Shown in pieces: positions 12,716 to 25,705 of a stretch of DNA of 64,000 bases; position 1 is the first letter of the stretch; every line of letters begins with the position of its first letter. The stretch lies in assembly GCF_006345805.1 (NCBI RefSeq), contig NC_043013.1, positions 30,628,001 to 30,692,000 on the forward strand. The letters are read 5' to 3'. The notes beneath the pieces were generated by a model. That model was not told the DNA's origin. It was given only the letters and a program-made list of their open reading frames with translations, and searched no databases. This stretch comes from Octopus sinensis. Lineage: Eukaryota. The position numbers and the translations under genes are program-made.

Positions 12716-12736
12716 ATGATGATGATGATGATGATG

Positions 12737-12822
<86 letters not shown>

Positions 12823-12862
12823 AAGAAGAAGAAGAAGAAGAAGAAGAAGAAGAAAAAGAAGA
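12716..12862. repeat. Compound (ATG)n(ATA)n(AGA)n microsatellite
   Basis: Direct inspection. Confidence 0.95.
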
Positions 12863-13600
12863 AATTCTGACGTAGTGAGTGAGAGTTATGTTGGCGTCAG
12901 TGCAACAACGATAAACAGAAGAAATAAATTACTGATGACTACGTTGTGGAAATAAACCTCACAAGGTAACAGGCTCTATAAAACTCTCTCGTCCACTATT
13001 AGGAAGACAAATATTTCAAATAATGGAATAACTCATTACGATGACGAAAATGGAGAGATAAGACTGTAGTCATTATTAACTTATATATTCTTATAGATAT
13101 TGCATGCATGTGTACTATACACACACATTCACACACACTCACACCCACACACAGTAACACATATGAATATACAAATATACATATATAGGGAAAGAGATGT
13201 ACTCATAACTAAGTAACTTGTAGTTGTGTAATTATATATACAAAGAAAAGAACCAAATGATTGCTGTCCTATTATATTACTCGATGCCTTTTCCTGTTGG
13301 TTGTACAGAGAATATTAACGACTGAATCTCAAGCAACAAGTGTCAATCATACATTGCAATTAAGGAGAAGTAATAAAATGTAAACAGAGAGCTTGTTAAT
13401 GAACTACAGTACATGACACACAGTTCTTAAGTTTAAATCCAAAAATATCCCAAGATAATGAGTCACGACTTTATTTATTTCCATTTCTATGGTAATGAAA
13501 TATACGAGAAACTAAATATATTAGCTACAGATGATTGCAATAGAGGAACGTATCCTCCTTAACTTTTATGATGTTATTCCCGTGTCTATAAGATATGAAG

Positions 13601-13905
13601 TGGAGGCAAATGGCCTAGTGGTTAGAGCAGCGGATTAACGGTCGAGAGTTCGCGGGTTCAGATCTCAGACCGGGCGATGTGTGTGTTTATGAGCGAAATA
13701 CCTAAGTTCCACGCGGCTCCGGCAGAAGTAACGGCGAACATCTGCTGACTCTTTCGCTACAACTTTCCTCACTTTTTCCTCCTGCATCTTGCAGCTCACC
13801 TGCGACGGATCAGCGTCCCGTCCAGGTGGGGAACCTATACGCCAAGGAAACCGGGAAACCGGCCCTTATGAGCCTGGCGTGGCTCGAGAAGGAACAAACA
13901 ACAAC
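13601..13905 (+). mobile_element. SINE family B (tail type 2)
   Basis: Head TGGAGGCAAATGGCCTAGTGGTTAGAGCAGCGG...GGGTTCAGATCTC; tail GCGTCCCGTCCAGG...GAAACCGGGAAACCGGCCC, ending in (AAC)n. Confidence 0.8.
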
Positions 13906-15446
13906 ATAATATATGAAACTTTGGGGCTATAACGATTTGAAATCGTAGAAAACTAATTCATTTTTTTTAAGGTAGCACACGAATATAAGAAATGATGCAA
14001 ATTTTGTTGAAGCATATGATTTTTTAGATGGTTAAATATTTAGGGTTGAATTTCAAGAAAGAACATCACCGAAAGATACCTCTTACCTCTTCTGCATTGT
14101 AAGATTTTATATATTATTTTTATATAAGACTTTACGTGAAGGAGCATATTACCGTAAGTATGGAACAAAATCTATATTCTACTGTTGTACGCTGAAAACA
14201 TTTTAGCAAAGCTTAATACTGATATTTGGTATAATTATAATACTTATCTATCTGTATATGTAGTCAAATGTATTTTTCGTACCATCGTCAACAACGTTTA
14301 CTCTATCTTCTTTCAAAAGAACTATAATTTTTTTATTTTACCCATAACATCAAATATAAAGTTCATGGCCTACCTCTAATTTTCGTTTAATTGCAACTAC
14401 TAGCAATACAATTAATTCAATGAATTCACGTTTGTGTTTAGAGTGTCGAATTTTTCCACAAGTATGTGAAGTAAAAATCTGAAACAATACTTCGATAATT
14501 TATAAATGTATCTTTCTAGTACTCTGTTTACGTCTACAAATATTCAGCTAATTAACTCATTTATTTATTCATATTTCAGACACTTACAGTGTAATTCAAA
14601 TATAGATATAACATTTCGAATGTGATATTATCTGATATTGCGTATATTTAATTAGGTATAGTGTCCATTTCTATTTAAACTTAGTAAATGGACATCTGAT
14701 TTGATGAAGCCATACAAATGAGGGAAAATAAGCAACTCAGTGTCGGTTATTTGGTCACAAAGAAAATAATGTTGCTTTAACAAAGTATCTAATTATAGCA
14801 GCTGGAATGAGGAGAAGTGTTTATAAAATATCACCAATATGAATACTTTATGTCTATCTGTATTCATCAACCCCTTTTTTTAGTACTTTTGTTCATTAAG
14901 GAATTAACTCATGCAGGCAATGATCTCAATATTATGGAAACGTGTGAAACCCATTCGGTGCACATAACGCTCTGATGATGAATTTGAATATTTTCGTTTC
15001 CGCAAATACGAGACATCATGCGTGTATTCAGACTAATATTTTCACTACAAGTCTTAAAATGCCTGTTTAGGAAAGTATTTAAATATATCGCATGTGTAGC
15101 TATGTTGTGAATATTTTTTTTTTAAATGCTTGCCGTACTCACACTCAACTATAGTGCTCGTTTAGGCAGCGTGCTATAAACACATGGTCAGTCATATACT
15201 TGTATGTTCTAATTCGCCTTTTGAAAAACAGTGAAGAGATACATTGGGAGAAATTGTGTCATGAGGTTTTTGAGGTCAATCGACTTCTGAAACTCTTATT
15301 GTGATTTCAATATCATTACATAAATTATCAATGAATCTATGCCTACACTAAAATTTTCCTATGCCTCTCCCTATCAATCTGATTTCGGTTCGCGGCGCCA
15401 AATGTCAATAGATAATGTATGTATATATATATATATATATATATAT

Positions 15447-15720
15447 GGGCAGTGGACTCGCGGTTGGAGGATCGCGGTTTCGATTCCCAGACTGGGCGTT
15501 GTGTGTGTTTATTGAGCGAAAACACCCCCACAAGTTTCCGGCATGGGGGGGCGTTAACCCCTGTTGTACTATATCGCCACAACCTTCTCTCACTCTTTCT
15601 TCCTGTTTCCTCAGTAACGCTGCGATGGGCTGGCGTCCCGTCCAGCTGGGGGGGAACACATACAACATAGAAACCGGGAAACCGGGCCCATGAGCCTGGC
15701 TAGGCTTGAAAAGGGCGTGT
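15447..15720 (+). mobile_element. SINE family B (tail type 2), 5'-clipped
   Basis: GGGCAGTGGACTCGCGG...GGTTTCGATTCCCAGAC; tail CTGCGATGGGCTGGCGTCCCGTCCAG...GAAACCGGGAAACCGGGCCC; flanked by (TA)n. Confidence 0.8.
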
Positions 15721-15743
15721 AATGTAATATATATGCACACACA

Positions 15744-15797
<54 letters not shown>

Positions 15798-16133
15798 CAT
15801 TTATATACACCCTACAACAAAGTGTATTTCCTTTTCTCGAATAATAATAATCACCAGTTACTTACCCTTAGATTTCTTTTGTACACGCTGTCTCATTTAA
15901 AAACATATCCTCATATAAGCAACATGGACTAAAAACCCTTCAAGAAAATACGATATTGCAATATTATAAAGAATCTGAATGTCATGATACACGAAACGCG
16001 AAACCGCTAGAGAATAATAATATATTGAAGATATGTAAATTGTATGCATTATCGATCTTTTGTTTTATATTTTTTCCCTTTTTCACTACAACTCGGCACG
16101 AGGGGGAAAAAACTCTTCAACGAAATTCTCTTT

Positions 16134-16188
<55 letters not shown>

Positions 16189-16245
16189 TATACATGCACA
16201 AAGACAAACACACATACACAGACACACTGACACATAGACACATAG

Positions 16246-19093
16246 CACATCACCGTCATGGAAGTGGGGACTAAAACTGGAAACGCGCATCTCATTTGTT
16301 CCTATGCCCCGATTCTAACAGCAGAATATGAGAAGAAAGATCAGTTTCCCGAGGAACATCAGGATGTGATCAACAGGCAGACCAACTCTTTCTGATGGGC
16401 GATTTCAATGCAAAAGTAGGCGCTGATCACCAACCATGGCCCAACTGCCTTGGACAGTTTGGACTGGGGAAAATCAATGAGAATGGCCAGAGACTCTTCT
16501 GCACAAATAACAACCTGTGCATTGCAAACACTTTCTATATTGGTAAAGACCAGCATAAAGTTTCTTGTTACCATCCACGATCAGATCATTGACATCAGAT
16601 TGATTTCGTCATCATCAGAAAGAATGATGTCAACACTGTGAAGCAAACAAGATCCTTCCACTGTGCAGACTGTAACACAGATCATCTGTTTGTTATAGCC
16701 AAGGTAAAGATGGTCACAAAGAAAACACCAAGAACCGAAGACCGAAAGAAATCTAAGATCAACGCATAAAAAGTACCCATGATCCAGCGATCAGAACCAA
16801 ATTTCAAGAACATGTTGAAGAACAGCTTCAAAACCTAAATAGCGCATCCCCTGACGAAATGCGGAATAACATGAAATCAGCAATATATGATTCTGCGTCG
16901 GGGACTTTGGAACGGATCGATTTTCCAAGGAGAATTCGATCGAAGCCAATGCATCAATACTAATGCTATTACTTGATAAAAAGCGCAAGATCTCAATAAA
17001 TCACAATAGAAAGCCAACAGAAAATAGAAAGCAACAGCTACGTGCTACAAAATCCAGCCTTCAAAAAGAAACTAGAAAATTTGCCAACCAGTACTGGGAT
17101 ATATTTTGCTTAGAAATACAGCAGGCGGGTAATATTAGGAAAATGTATGAGAAGATTAGAGTTGCTATCGGACCAATAGGGAGTAAAGTGGCACCTCTCA
17201 AGTCTGCAACAGGTGACCAGCTGACGGACAAGAAGAAACAAGTGGAAAGATGGGTGGAACATTACACTCAGTTGTACACAAAGGAGCGAGATGTTGATAG
17301 ACAGCTTAATCGGGCTGTCAGTTCCCCGAAATGACAGAACTTGACATACCACCAACGGAAGAAGAACTCTCCACTGCAATCGATGAACATGCAAGCGGAA
17401 AAGCACCCGGGAATGACAATATACCTGCTGAAGATGCCATCGTTCCACATTTATACAAGTTACTAAAGACGTGTTGGTTGGAAGTAAAAATTCCACAGGA
17501 TATGAGAGATCACAAGATCATCACTCTCTACAAAAATAAAGGGGACAAGGGAGATTGCAATAACTGGAGAGACATCGCCCTTCTGAGCATCAATGGAAAA
17601 GCTTTTGCGAAGATCATTCTGAAGCTAACAGAAAGTGTACTACCAGAGAGCCAGTGCGGTTTTAGATCTAACCGCTCAACAATGGATATGATCTTCTCTA
17701 TTCGTCAACTACAAGAAAAATGCCGGGAGCAGCAGTTACCTCTATATATAGCATTTGTCGATCTGGCAAAGGCATTTGATACAGTCAGCAGGTCAGGACT
17801 GTATATGGTGCTTGTAAAATGTAGCTGCCCCCCCCATACTACTGCAGCTCATTGCTTCGTTCCATGATGACATAAAGGTCACCATTCAGCTTGACGGTTT
17901 AATATCAGATACCTTCAACATCAACAACGGAATAAAACAAGGTTGTGTTTTAGCACCAATCCTTTTCAGCATTTACTTTGCTGTATTGCTGCAGTATGCA
18001 TTTCAAGAGTTGCCGGGCAATGTCTCCCTTTGCTGGAGAACTGATGGGCCACTCTTTGATGTTTCTAGATTTCGGGCCAAGACTAAGATCAATAGAGCAA
18101 CAATAAAAAACTTTCTCTTCGCTGAAGATGCAGCACTTGTGGCTCACAGTGAATTAAATCTATAATGATGGAACACCTATCATCAGCATGCAAAGCCTTC
18201 GGTTTGGTCATCAGTGTAAAGAAGACAGTCATCCACACTCAGGGGGGCGCAGCGAAAGGCCACATCAAGCTTGATGACAAACAGTTTAAGGCAGTGGACA
18301 GGTTCTGCTATCTAGGGTCTACTACCTCGCCTACTACTTCACTTTATGATGAGATTAATGTTAGAATATGGAACGCAGCAAGAACTTTTGGAAGGCTGAA
18401 AAAAACAGTATGGGAGAATAAGAGATTAGATGTCAACACAAAGATCAGGATTTATGAAGCAGGTGTTCTCAGCACACTCCTCTATGGATCTGAAACATGG
18501 ACCTTGTACAGCAGACATGAAAGGTGCCTCGGCAATTTCCATCTCAGATACCTCCGCAGGATCCTAGGCCTAGCATGGCGCGACAAGGTCACCAATGTTG
18601 CAGTGCTGGCGCAGACGAATCTTCATAGCATGACATCTATCATGTGTATGAGGAGACTGAGGTGGCTGGGGCATGTCAGGAGAATCCCGAAGCACCTGCT
18701 CTATGGAGAACTGGCACAGGCAAGAGATCAAGGCGAATACCAAAGCTGAGATATAAGGACACTTGCAAAAACTAGTTTGTCCAAATGTCAGGTGGATGTC
18801 AGCACATGGGAGGAGAGAGATGAGGAATGAACAACATGGAGGTCTGTGAACTGCTTTGCTGGAGAACAGCTACAACAAACTAGTTGAGAAGCGTCAGCGG
18901 CGAAAGAAAAACAACAGAAATGCAGAGCGCCGAGCAACCCTCTTGGTATGCAAATACTGTGACAGAAGGTGCGCTTCAATCATACGAAGTATCATCCATG
19001 AAAGAAGCTGCAAGAAGGGGAGCCTCTGATATGTTCGATTAAGTGACCTCTAAGCTAAATTGACTGTCTACATAGATGAAAACGGCCAATTAT
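16246..19093 (+). mobile_element. 5'-truncated, decayed RTE-clade LINE with 11-bp TSD
   Basis: APE motif MGDFNAKVG; RT motifs KAPGND, QCGFRSNRST, FVDLAKAFD, GIKQGCVLAP, FAEDAAL and FCYLGS; C-terminal LLYGSETW and RRLRWLGHV. Identical TAGACACATAG at 16235-16245 and 19094-19104. Several frameshifts and stops. Confidence 0.92.
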
Positions 19094-20220
19094 TAGACAC
19101 ATAGTAGGAATCCTGAGTATATTATAAACACAACAACGTATCTTGACGATTACATCCATTATGAAATGTTATGTGATATTAATTCAATAACATTCAATGT
19201 TACATAACTTACATAACGCTAATTAAGAAAAATATATTATATCGCTATCATACAGAAACTATCATACATAACACGCAATAGGAGTTCACGATACATTTCA
19301 TTGTTCTATATATTATGTATAAATAATATACTGCATAAGAATGATATTTCATCCGACAATAAAATATGATTAATTGTATCCAAACACCAGTTCTTTTGAT
19401 ATGATAAGAGCAAAAGCCTGGTGTACTTTTGCACGGTATACAATTAGCGTCTGAAATGATAATATCCTACATATGTAACGTAGAATATTTACGCCAAAAA
19501 CATAATTCATGACTTATTCTGAAAGCAAAAGAATAATCGATTTCCAGAACATTTTATATTTGTCTTACAAATTGAAGAAGGGAAAATCAGATTCCACATA
19601 ATGATGGTTCTGTTTTATGACAAGCATATATTTGCTGATGAATGTATAGTGAGCGAACGCAAAGTTTATTAAGCTCAATTAAGGTAAAAAAAAACATTTA
19701 AAAAATTGAACATGTTAACCAATTATATATTATGAAGAATTTCCTTCATTTATCTATTGAATAGCAATTCCCGATCAATTTTGCTTTTAGTGTTGTAATT
19801 CTCTGACACCAATCTGTAATCATAAGGCATTTGTTTTAATCTAAATGAAATGAAATTGCATATAAAAGTTAAATACTTCTTGTTACAAAAACTAAACGAA
19901 GATATCAACGATGTATACAGAGATCACTTGACTATAACATCCAGTGATCCCAACCTCTATGCAATATGGTTTTCAAGTTTTACGTGAACTCTGCATAAAT
20001 GTCTGTTCCCCTAGACTATCAAATCTGGACATTTCTATATGGGTAATCTCCCAATGTCACGACAAATCGTAACTCAAAAACATGCAAATAACTTACATTA
20101 TCACATTTAATAAAAAAAATAAATTACTTGAATCCATATACTGACGAAAATATCTGTATGTGGGTGTGTGTTCGATTAATGAGAGAAACGGAAGATGGAA
20201 GACATGAGAACGTTTATTAA

Positions 20221-20276
20221 TCACTACAATTATTTCTAGCATCGATCCCGCATGGATGGGATACTGAACAGCTAGT
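20221..20276 (-). ncRNA. Degenerate hammerhead-like motif (GAAAC-AATT-GTA family)
   Basis: Minus strand ACTAG-CTGTTCA-GTATCCC...GGGATCGATGCTA-GAAAT-AATT-GTA-GTG. It has the same helix III/GUA as 58688-58771, but the core is mutated. Confidence 0.35.
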
Positions 20277-20398
20277 TTAGGAGTAGCAGTCAGTGCTGAT
20301 GTGTCACTTCAGATGTGTATCATTAATTCTGAAGAGACACATCAACACCAATATATATATATTTATATTTATATATATATATATACAAAGATACATAT

Positions 20399-20488
<90 letters not shown>

Positions 20489-20688
20489 TTGTATATACAT
20501 ATATATGTATATATGTATGTTTGTATATATATATGTGCATATATGGGTACAGGATGTCATAAACTATAATCAATATGAAATACGAAAGCAAATGAGTTGA
20601 ATACGCAAACGAGAGAAACAAATGGAAAACAGGACAAGTAACATAAAGACTGCCCCTTCATCAGTTATTGGCTGTCCTCCTACTCCAC

Positions 20689-20729
<41 letters not shown>

Positions 20730-21394
20730 TCTTCAAAACATCAAAAACACATCACTATAGTGCATTTACCTGTTGTGAATCTCACTTTAACGACTTTGTT
20801 TAAGTTATGTTTAGCAGTCTCTTCTCCGCTGTGAAACCGCAGTCATACTTATATTTTGCACGTTATATTTCAGGGTTCAATAATCTGTTCGAATAAATAT
20901 TGATACTGCACAGCAGAATTGTCTGTCTTTTTCAGAAAATATATTTGTAATGCAACCATTAGGCAACTGTATAAGATTGTGTCGGGAAGTCCACATACTG
21001 TCATGAAAACAAAAAAAAACCCCAAAAAAACTCACCATTATATGAGTTATATGCTAAGGTTTCTCACAGCTTTAAATCATACTCAAGTATTTATCCGGTT
21101 TATCACTTTGATACAAATGATTTAGTCCATATCAATAATAACAAGTCCACACAGAGAGCGCAAACCTACGCCAAGGTTGCATCAATGTCTTCCCAACGAT
21201 TACCCGGAGATAATTTTTAAAATAAGAATATCTGAAATAAATTCTACTACTCTAAAAAACGAGAATACTAAAAATGAATCCGACCGCTCTCAAAAACTAA
21301 GTAAATTCCTTGCCCGGTACCGGATCTATCTCAAAACCTAATCAGTTCGTGCCAGTCACTGGGTCAAGCATACCCGAAAGTTTCTTATACTATG

Positions 21395-21630
21395 GGTTCC
21401 TTTTGCCTTACGGCTAAGCTACAGGTACGTGAACACACCAACACCGGTTGTCTAGTTGTGATGGGTAGACAACTACACACATACACAAACACACACATAT
21501 AAATATATGTATATATATATATATATATACACACGACGGGCCTCTCTCAGTTTCCGTCTACCAAATCCACTCACAAGGCTGTGTTCGATCCAACCCTATA
21601 GTAGGACACACCTGCCCAATTTGCCACACA
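21395..21630 (-). mobile_element. SINE family C, partial
   Basis: CTCAGTTTCCGTCTACCAAATCCACTCACAAGGCT and ACACCAACACCGGTTGTC, shared with 57612-57992. Confidence 0.75.
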
Positions 21631-23089
21631 TAATCTTGAACATCTATTATTTCCTCTAACTGTTGAAAATATAATATGTTCTGTTCTCTACGCTATTTCA
21701 AGATGTTGGCTTATACTTGTTTGGTTTCTAATCAAAAATGAAATATTATAATTAGCTATTTATTTAAAAGGCTTCATTCCAAACAGACATAAATAACTTC
21801 TGGCTGAATTTTGTATTTATCTGCGAATTCTGGGAAATTTCTCTGGCAGCAGTGTTTCACGCTTCCAGTTGAAAAATTGATATTTTAAACCGTTCATTTG
21901 CTTTGCATATTTTTGCCTATCGAAATACCAAAAGTGAGAGAAAAATTTATAAATAAAAAGATATTTGGGATAGAAATTTCTGAAATAGTTTCTGGGTGAT
22001 ACCATTTGAACGTGGATATTTTAATTTGGTCGGCAGCAATTGTGTCCATGACTTTGGCAGGCTGTTCAGGGCAGCAAGATTGATGATATTAAAGGTAGTC
22101 AGTGTTTCGATAATTGTTTTCCGTCTTGTAAATTCATTTCATTTAATAGACTGAGATTTTGTTAGATACACAACCGTCGCACAATTAAAATTTACCCTAC
22201 CCTTACAGTGATTGTTTGGTTTTACTTGGTAGTCTTTGTGCAATTAGCATTTTTCCTGATTGTGTTATCAAGAAATAAATTGGCTTCAAACTTTCTGTCA
22301 TTGTCTTAAGAATAATTCCCCAAAATTTGATAATACAGTGAAGATAATCGTATATCAGAATAGATCATATAATTTCGCCAAGAACTACTTGTGTACAACA
22401 ATTATAGTGATAAAAGAACATTGTAAGCTAACTGCTGATACTTAAGTTGATGAACATCTCAGTTTCGTTGCTGCGAAGCTAAATAATTCCTATTTTTCTA
22501 GTTTTCAAGTTTATATCAAACGTAATACTCAGACAAAATGCTATTTTGCGGTTAATTATTATTTCCCTATCTTTCACTGGATAGGAAAATGTATGTGTAA
22601 CGAAGTGGTTACATTCTATTACATGACCGGTTTCTATTTTATAGTACAATAGTTGGATAAATAGGAGCAAGATATGGAATCAGATTATGAAAGGATTAAT
22701 GTTCATATTGTAAGAGACTTTATTCTTCCGGTGGAGATTCCCTGCCGTTCCAGCTTTCGTCTTTTAGGAATTATTAAATCATTTTCTTCCGATATTCCTC
22801 TAGATTATGAATTCGAGCGTAGATGTTTTTACCGATTTAATCGTTCGTTCTAATTGGTCTGTACGTAAAAAAATCGTTTTGAAAGAGAATCAAGTGAAAC
22901 ACTAGTATATGTTTTTGCAATTTAGTTCTATTTGTCTCAATATACGTTTCTCCCTTAATTTTATATTACACTGTAATTTAAGTACAAATATATACGGCAA
23001 TAGTTTATACCGACTGAGTAACATTCCTGCTACTTCATCAATATCGCTGAGATTATAAATTATTAATGCAGGTTTCAGATTTTCGCTCA

Positions 23090-23285
23090 TCGCTGGCTAT
23101 TCCGGTGAAGGTGCTCAACTGGTACTTATTTTATCGGCCCCTACAGGATGAAAGATTATGTCGACCTCGGCGGTATTTGAACACCGACGGTAGCAACCGA
23201 CAAAATGCCACTAATTACTAGCATGCCAGGCAAAATGCTTAGTGGCATTTTGTCTGGCATGCTAGTAATTTTGTCAGTTCGCAAA
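23090..23285 (-). mobile_element. SINE family A with an internal fold-back duplication
   Basis: GTCGACCTCGGCGGTATTTGAAC core/B box; 26-bp inverted repeat at 23213-23270. Confidence 0.75.
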
Positions 23286-24185
23286 ATTGTTATAAGTGAT
23301 TTGGTGCTGTGGGATGCTCATACACTTTCGCTTCCTTCCCCTATCCAATACCACAATTTTAAACGGCAGTTGCATGGTTCATAATCTTTTTGATAACGTT
23401 CCTTTAAGCAACGTTTTACAAGCAGGAGGATTCGGAAATCAGGTAGACTATATATTTTGCAAATGTTCTAATACATTAAGAATCATTTACTTATCAGTAA
23501 GAGCATAAATGCAGGTCGGATATTGTAATTGCAAGGTAGAATTTTACATGTTATTGTTTTCTTTTAATTACGCGAGGATTTGTCTTATTATATTTCCGAC
23601 AAGCGGACCATGCTCATAGCCGTTGCAAACCTTTAGAAACCTCTGCAATTCCCACCATTGAATTTCGAGAAGATTTTTCTGAATATTATTCCGGAAATGT
23701 TCTGCAGGGTCGTAAATGCGTGTGAATTTGTGTAAGGAAGAAAGGGAACGGAAGAATGCATGTAGTTAGATTTTGAGACATGTAGCTGGCATTATACCCA
23801 TACTTGAGAATGAGTAAAATCAATTATGGCCCGGTAAATGAGGCATTGTATTTTCAAACTACGAAGGAGGGAAAGCGGAATATATCCTGCTTTAATTTAT
23901 TAAAATAGAAAACGTACGAATCCAAATACTTGAAGGCATTTCGTCTCGGTCTCTGTCTGTCCTCTTATTTATTTAAACAAGCTTGAAATATTTATTCGAT
24001 ACGTTTATATGGTAAAATCATGTATAAGTCCATTTGAAGGCAGCAGTTAGTTAAAGCGCTGAGATGTTTATACGAAGACAGGTTTCTTGTAATATTCTTA
24101 AGCTGACTTGATGGCTTCTTTACCCGACTCGTAACATAAAAAAATGAATATAATATACACAACACAATATAAATACACGCACATA

Positions 24186-25211
24186 CGAGGAGCGTTCAAT
24201 AAGTAATGCCCCTGACCCACTTCCCATAGCAGTAGAGCAACGAAACTTGGCACAGTTATTAGTATTTTTCTACATAGGAACCACCCAGAGTTACGCATCG
24301 CTTGATGCAGCTCCGGAGACCGTTTTTGTAGAAGACCCCCCAGCTTGGTCCTCCAACTACGACGTGACTTCAGAAGGCTGCATCATCTGGGAAACGCTTT
24401 CCTTTCAAAAACAACGTCATCACTACTCCGTCCTGGTCCCAGAAGACTGTGAGCATGACCTTGCCAGCGGAGGGCTGCACCCTGCCTTCTTTGGAGGAGG
24501 TGAGTCACGGTGCTTCCACTGCATTGACTGCGCTTTGGTCTATGGATCATAGTGATGGACCCAGGTTTTATCCTGTGTGATCAGTCTTTTGAAAATGTTT
24601 GACTCATCTTCTTGGCACATCTCCAAATTCATCCTCGAGCACTCAACGCGTTCTTGCTTCTGGAAAGGTGTGAGCAACCTGGAAATCCATCTGGCAGACA
24701 CCTTTTGCATATGCAAATGGTCATGAATAATAGTTTCCACAGACCCGGTACTAATCTTGACCTCATGGGCTATTTGGCGAATAGTTATGCGTCGATCTTC
24801 CAAAACTGGCAGCCTCAACTTGACGTACAGATGCCTCATCAATGGCAGAAGGGGGGCGACCAGATTTGGGAGCTCTTTCCACAGAGTTCCGACCATGTTT
24901 GAATTCACGATGCCAGCGTTTTACAAGGTCACATGATGGGGCATCAGCACCATAAGTTACTTTCATTTCATCAAAATTCTCCCGTGGTGTGCATCCTTTC
25001 AAATACAAAAACCAGATCACTGCTTGACACTCAACAGGCTCCATTTCACACTTGACTCAGTTCAAACACCTCTAAATCAGGAACCGCAATTAGTTCAGAG
25101 TTGTAATTTGCCGCTTCATCTATGGGGATATAAATAATAGCACATGCAAAATTGCAGCTAGATCAAATAACTGCAAGTGGGTCAGGGGCATTACTTATTG
25201 AACGACCCTCG
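24186..25211 (-). mobile_element. Internally deleted mariner transposon with intact TIRs and TA TSD
   Basis: 37-bp TIRs CGAGG(AG/GT)CGTTCAATAAGTAATGCCCCTGACCCACTT differing at 2 positions; TA at 24184-85 and 25212-13. Transposase remnants: MEPVECQAVIWFLYLKG, SGRP, KVSARWISRLL, ITQDKTWVHHYDP, GKVMLTVFWD and GGSYVEK. Confidence 0.93.
24540..25044 (-). pseudogene. Mariner transposase N-terminal part (frameshifted)
   Basis: ORFs 24763-25044 and 24540-24908 join by a frameshift into the HTH domains plus the first catalytic D. Confidence 0.85.
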
Positions 25212-25499
25212 TAGGCAGTTTATTTTGGCAAAGAACTAATACGGATGCTTAAGTTTGTAGCATTCGGTTCACGACATAAAATAAGCACAAACTATATATA
25301 TATAAGAAAAAGGAGCAGTAACGAAAATATATCAAAATTGAACACTCTGCTTTTTCTGCCTTGAAAGGTTATGCATTTCTTCCTTGACACCCACTCATAC
25401 AAATACCTGCAAACACACACTCACTTCATACATAATTTATGAAGACAGGTAAAAACTAACATGAAATCGGGTATTACTTGAATCGTGTATTAGTGAACC

Positions 25500-25705
25500 G
25501 TGACTATTGGTTTCAAATTTTGGCATAAGAGCAGCAAGTTTGACGAGGGGATAAGTCGATTACATTGATCCCGGTATTCAGGTGGGACGCTTTTTATTGA
25601 CCCGAAGAAGATGAATTCAAAGTTGAAATTAGGATGTAAAATCCGACAAAATATCGTAAAGCATTTTGACCACTGTGCTAGTGATTCTGCCAACGTGGCG
25701 CCTTA
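25500..25705 (-). mobile_element. SINE family A, decayed
   Basis: Head complement GTGCTAGTGATTCTGCCAACGTGGCGCC and AAGTCGATTACATTGATCCC core. Confidence 0.65.

Noticed and set aside
13601-13670. tRNA gene calls for SINE heads (also 9000-9077, 59430-59500, 7780-7865)
   Set aside because: A and B boxes are present, but there is no complete cloverleaf and each continues into a SINE body.
15343-16295. [12 protein letters not shown] ORFs here and at 7101, 20293-20621, 30615, 31717, 47109, 59294, 60424 and 63250
   Set aside because: Read-through of (TA)n/(CA)n repeats and SINEs.
21800-22260. Possible L1/Tx1 post-RT remnant (LNSLPKSWTQLL...KLFQKFL, minus strand)
   Set aside because: One weak motif; the downstream cysteine motif was not found.
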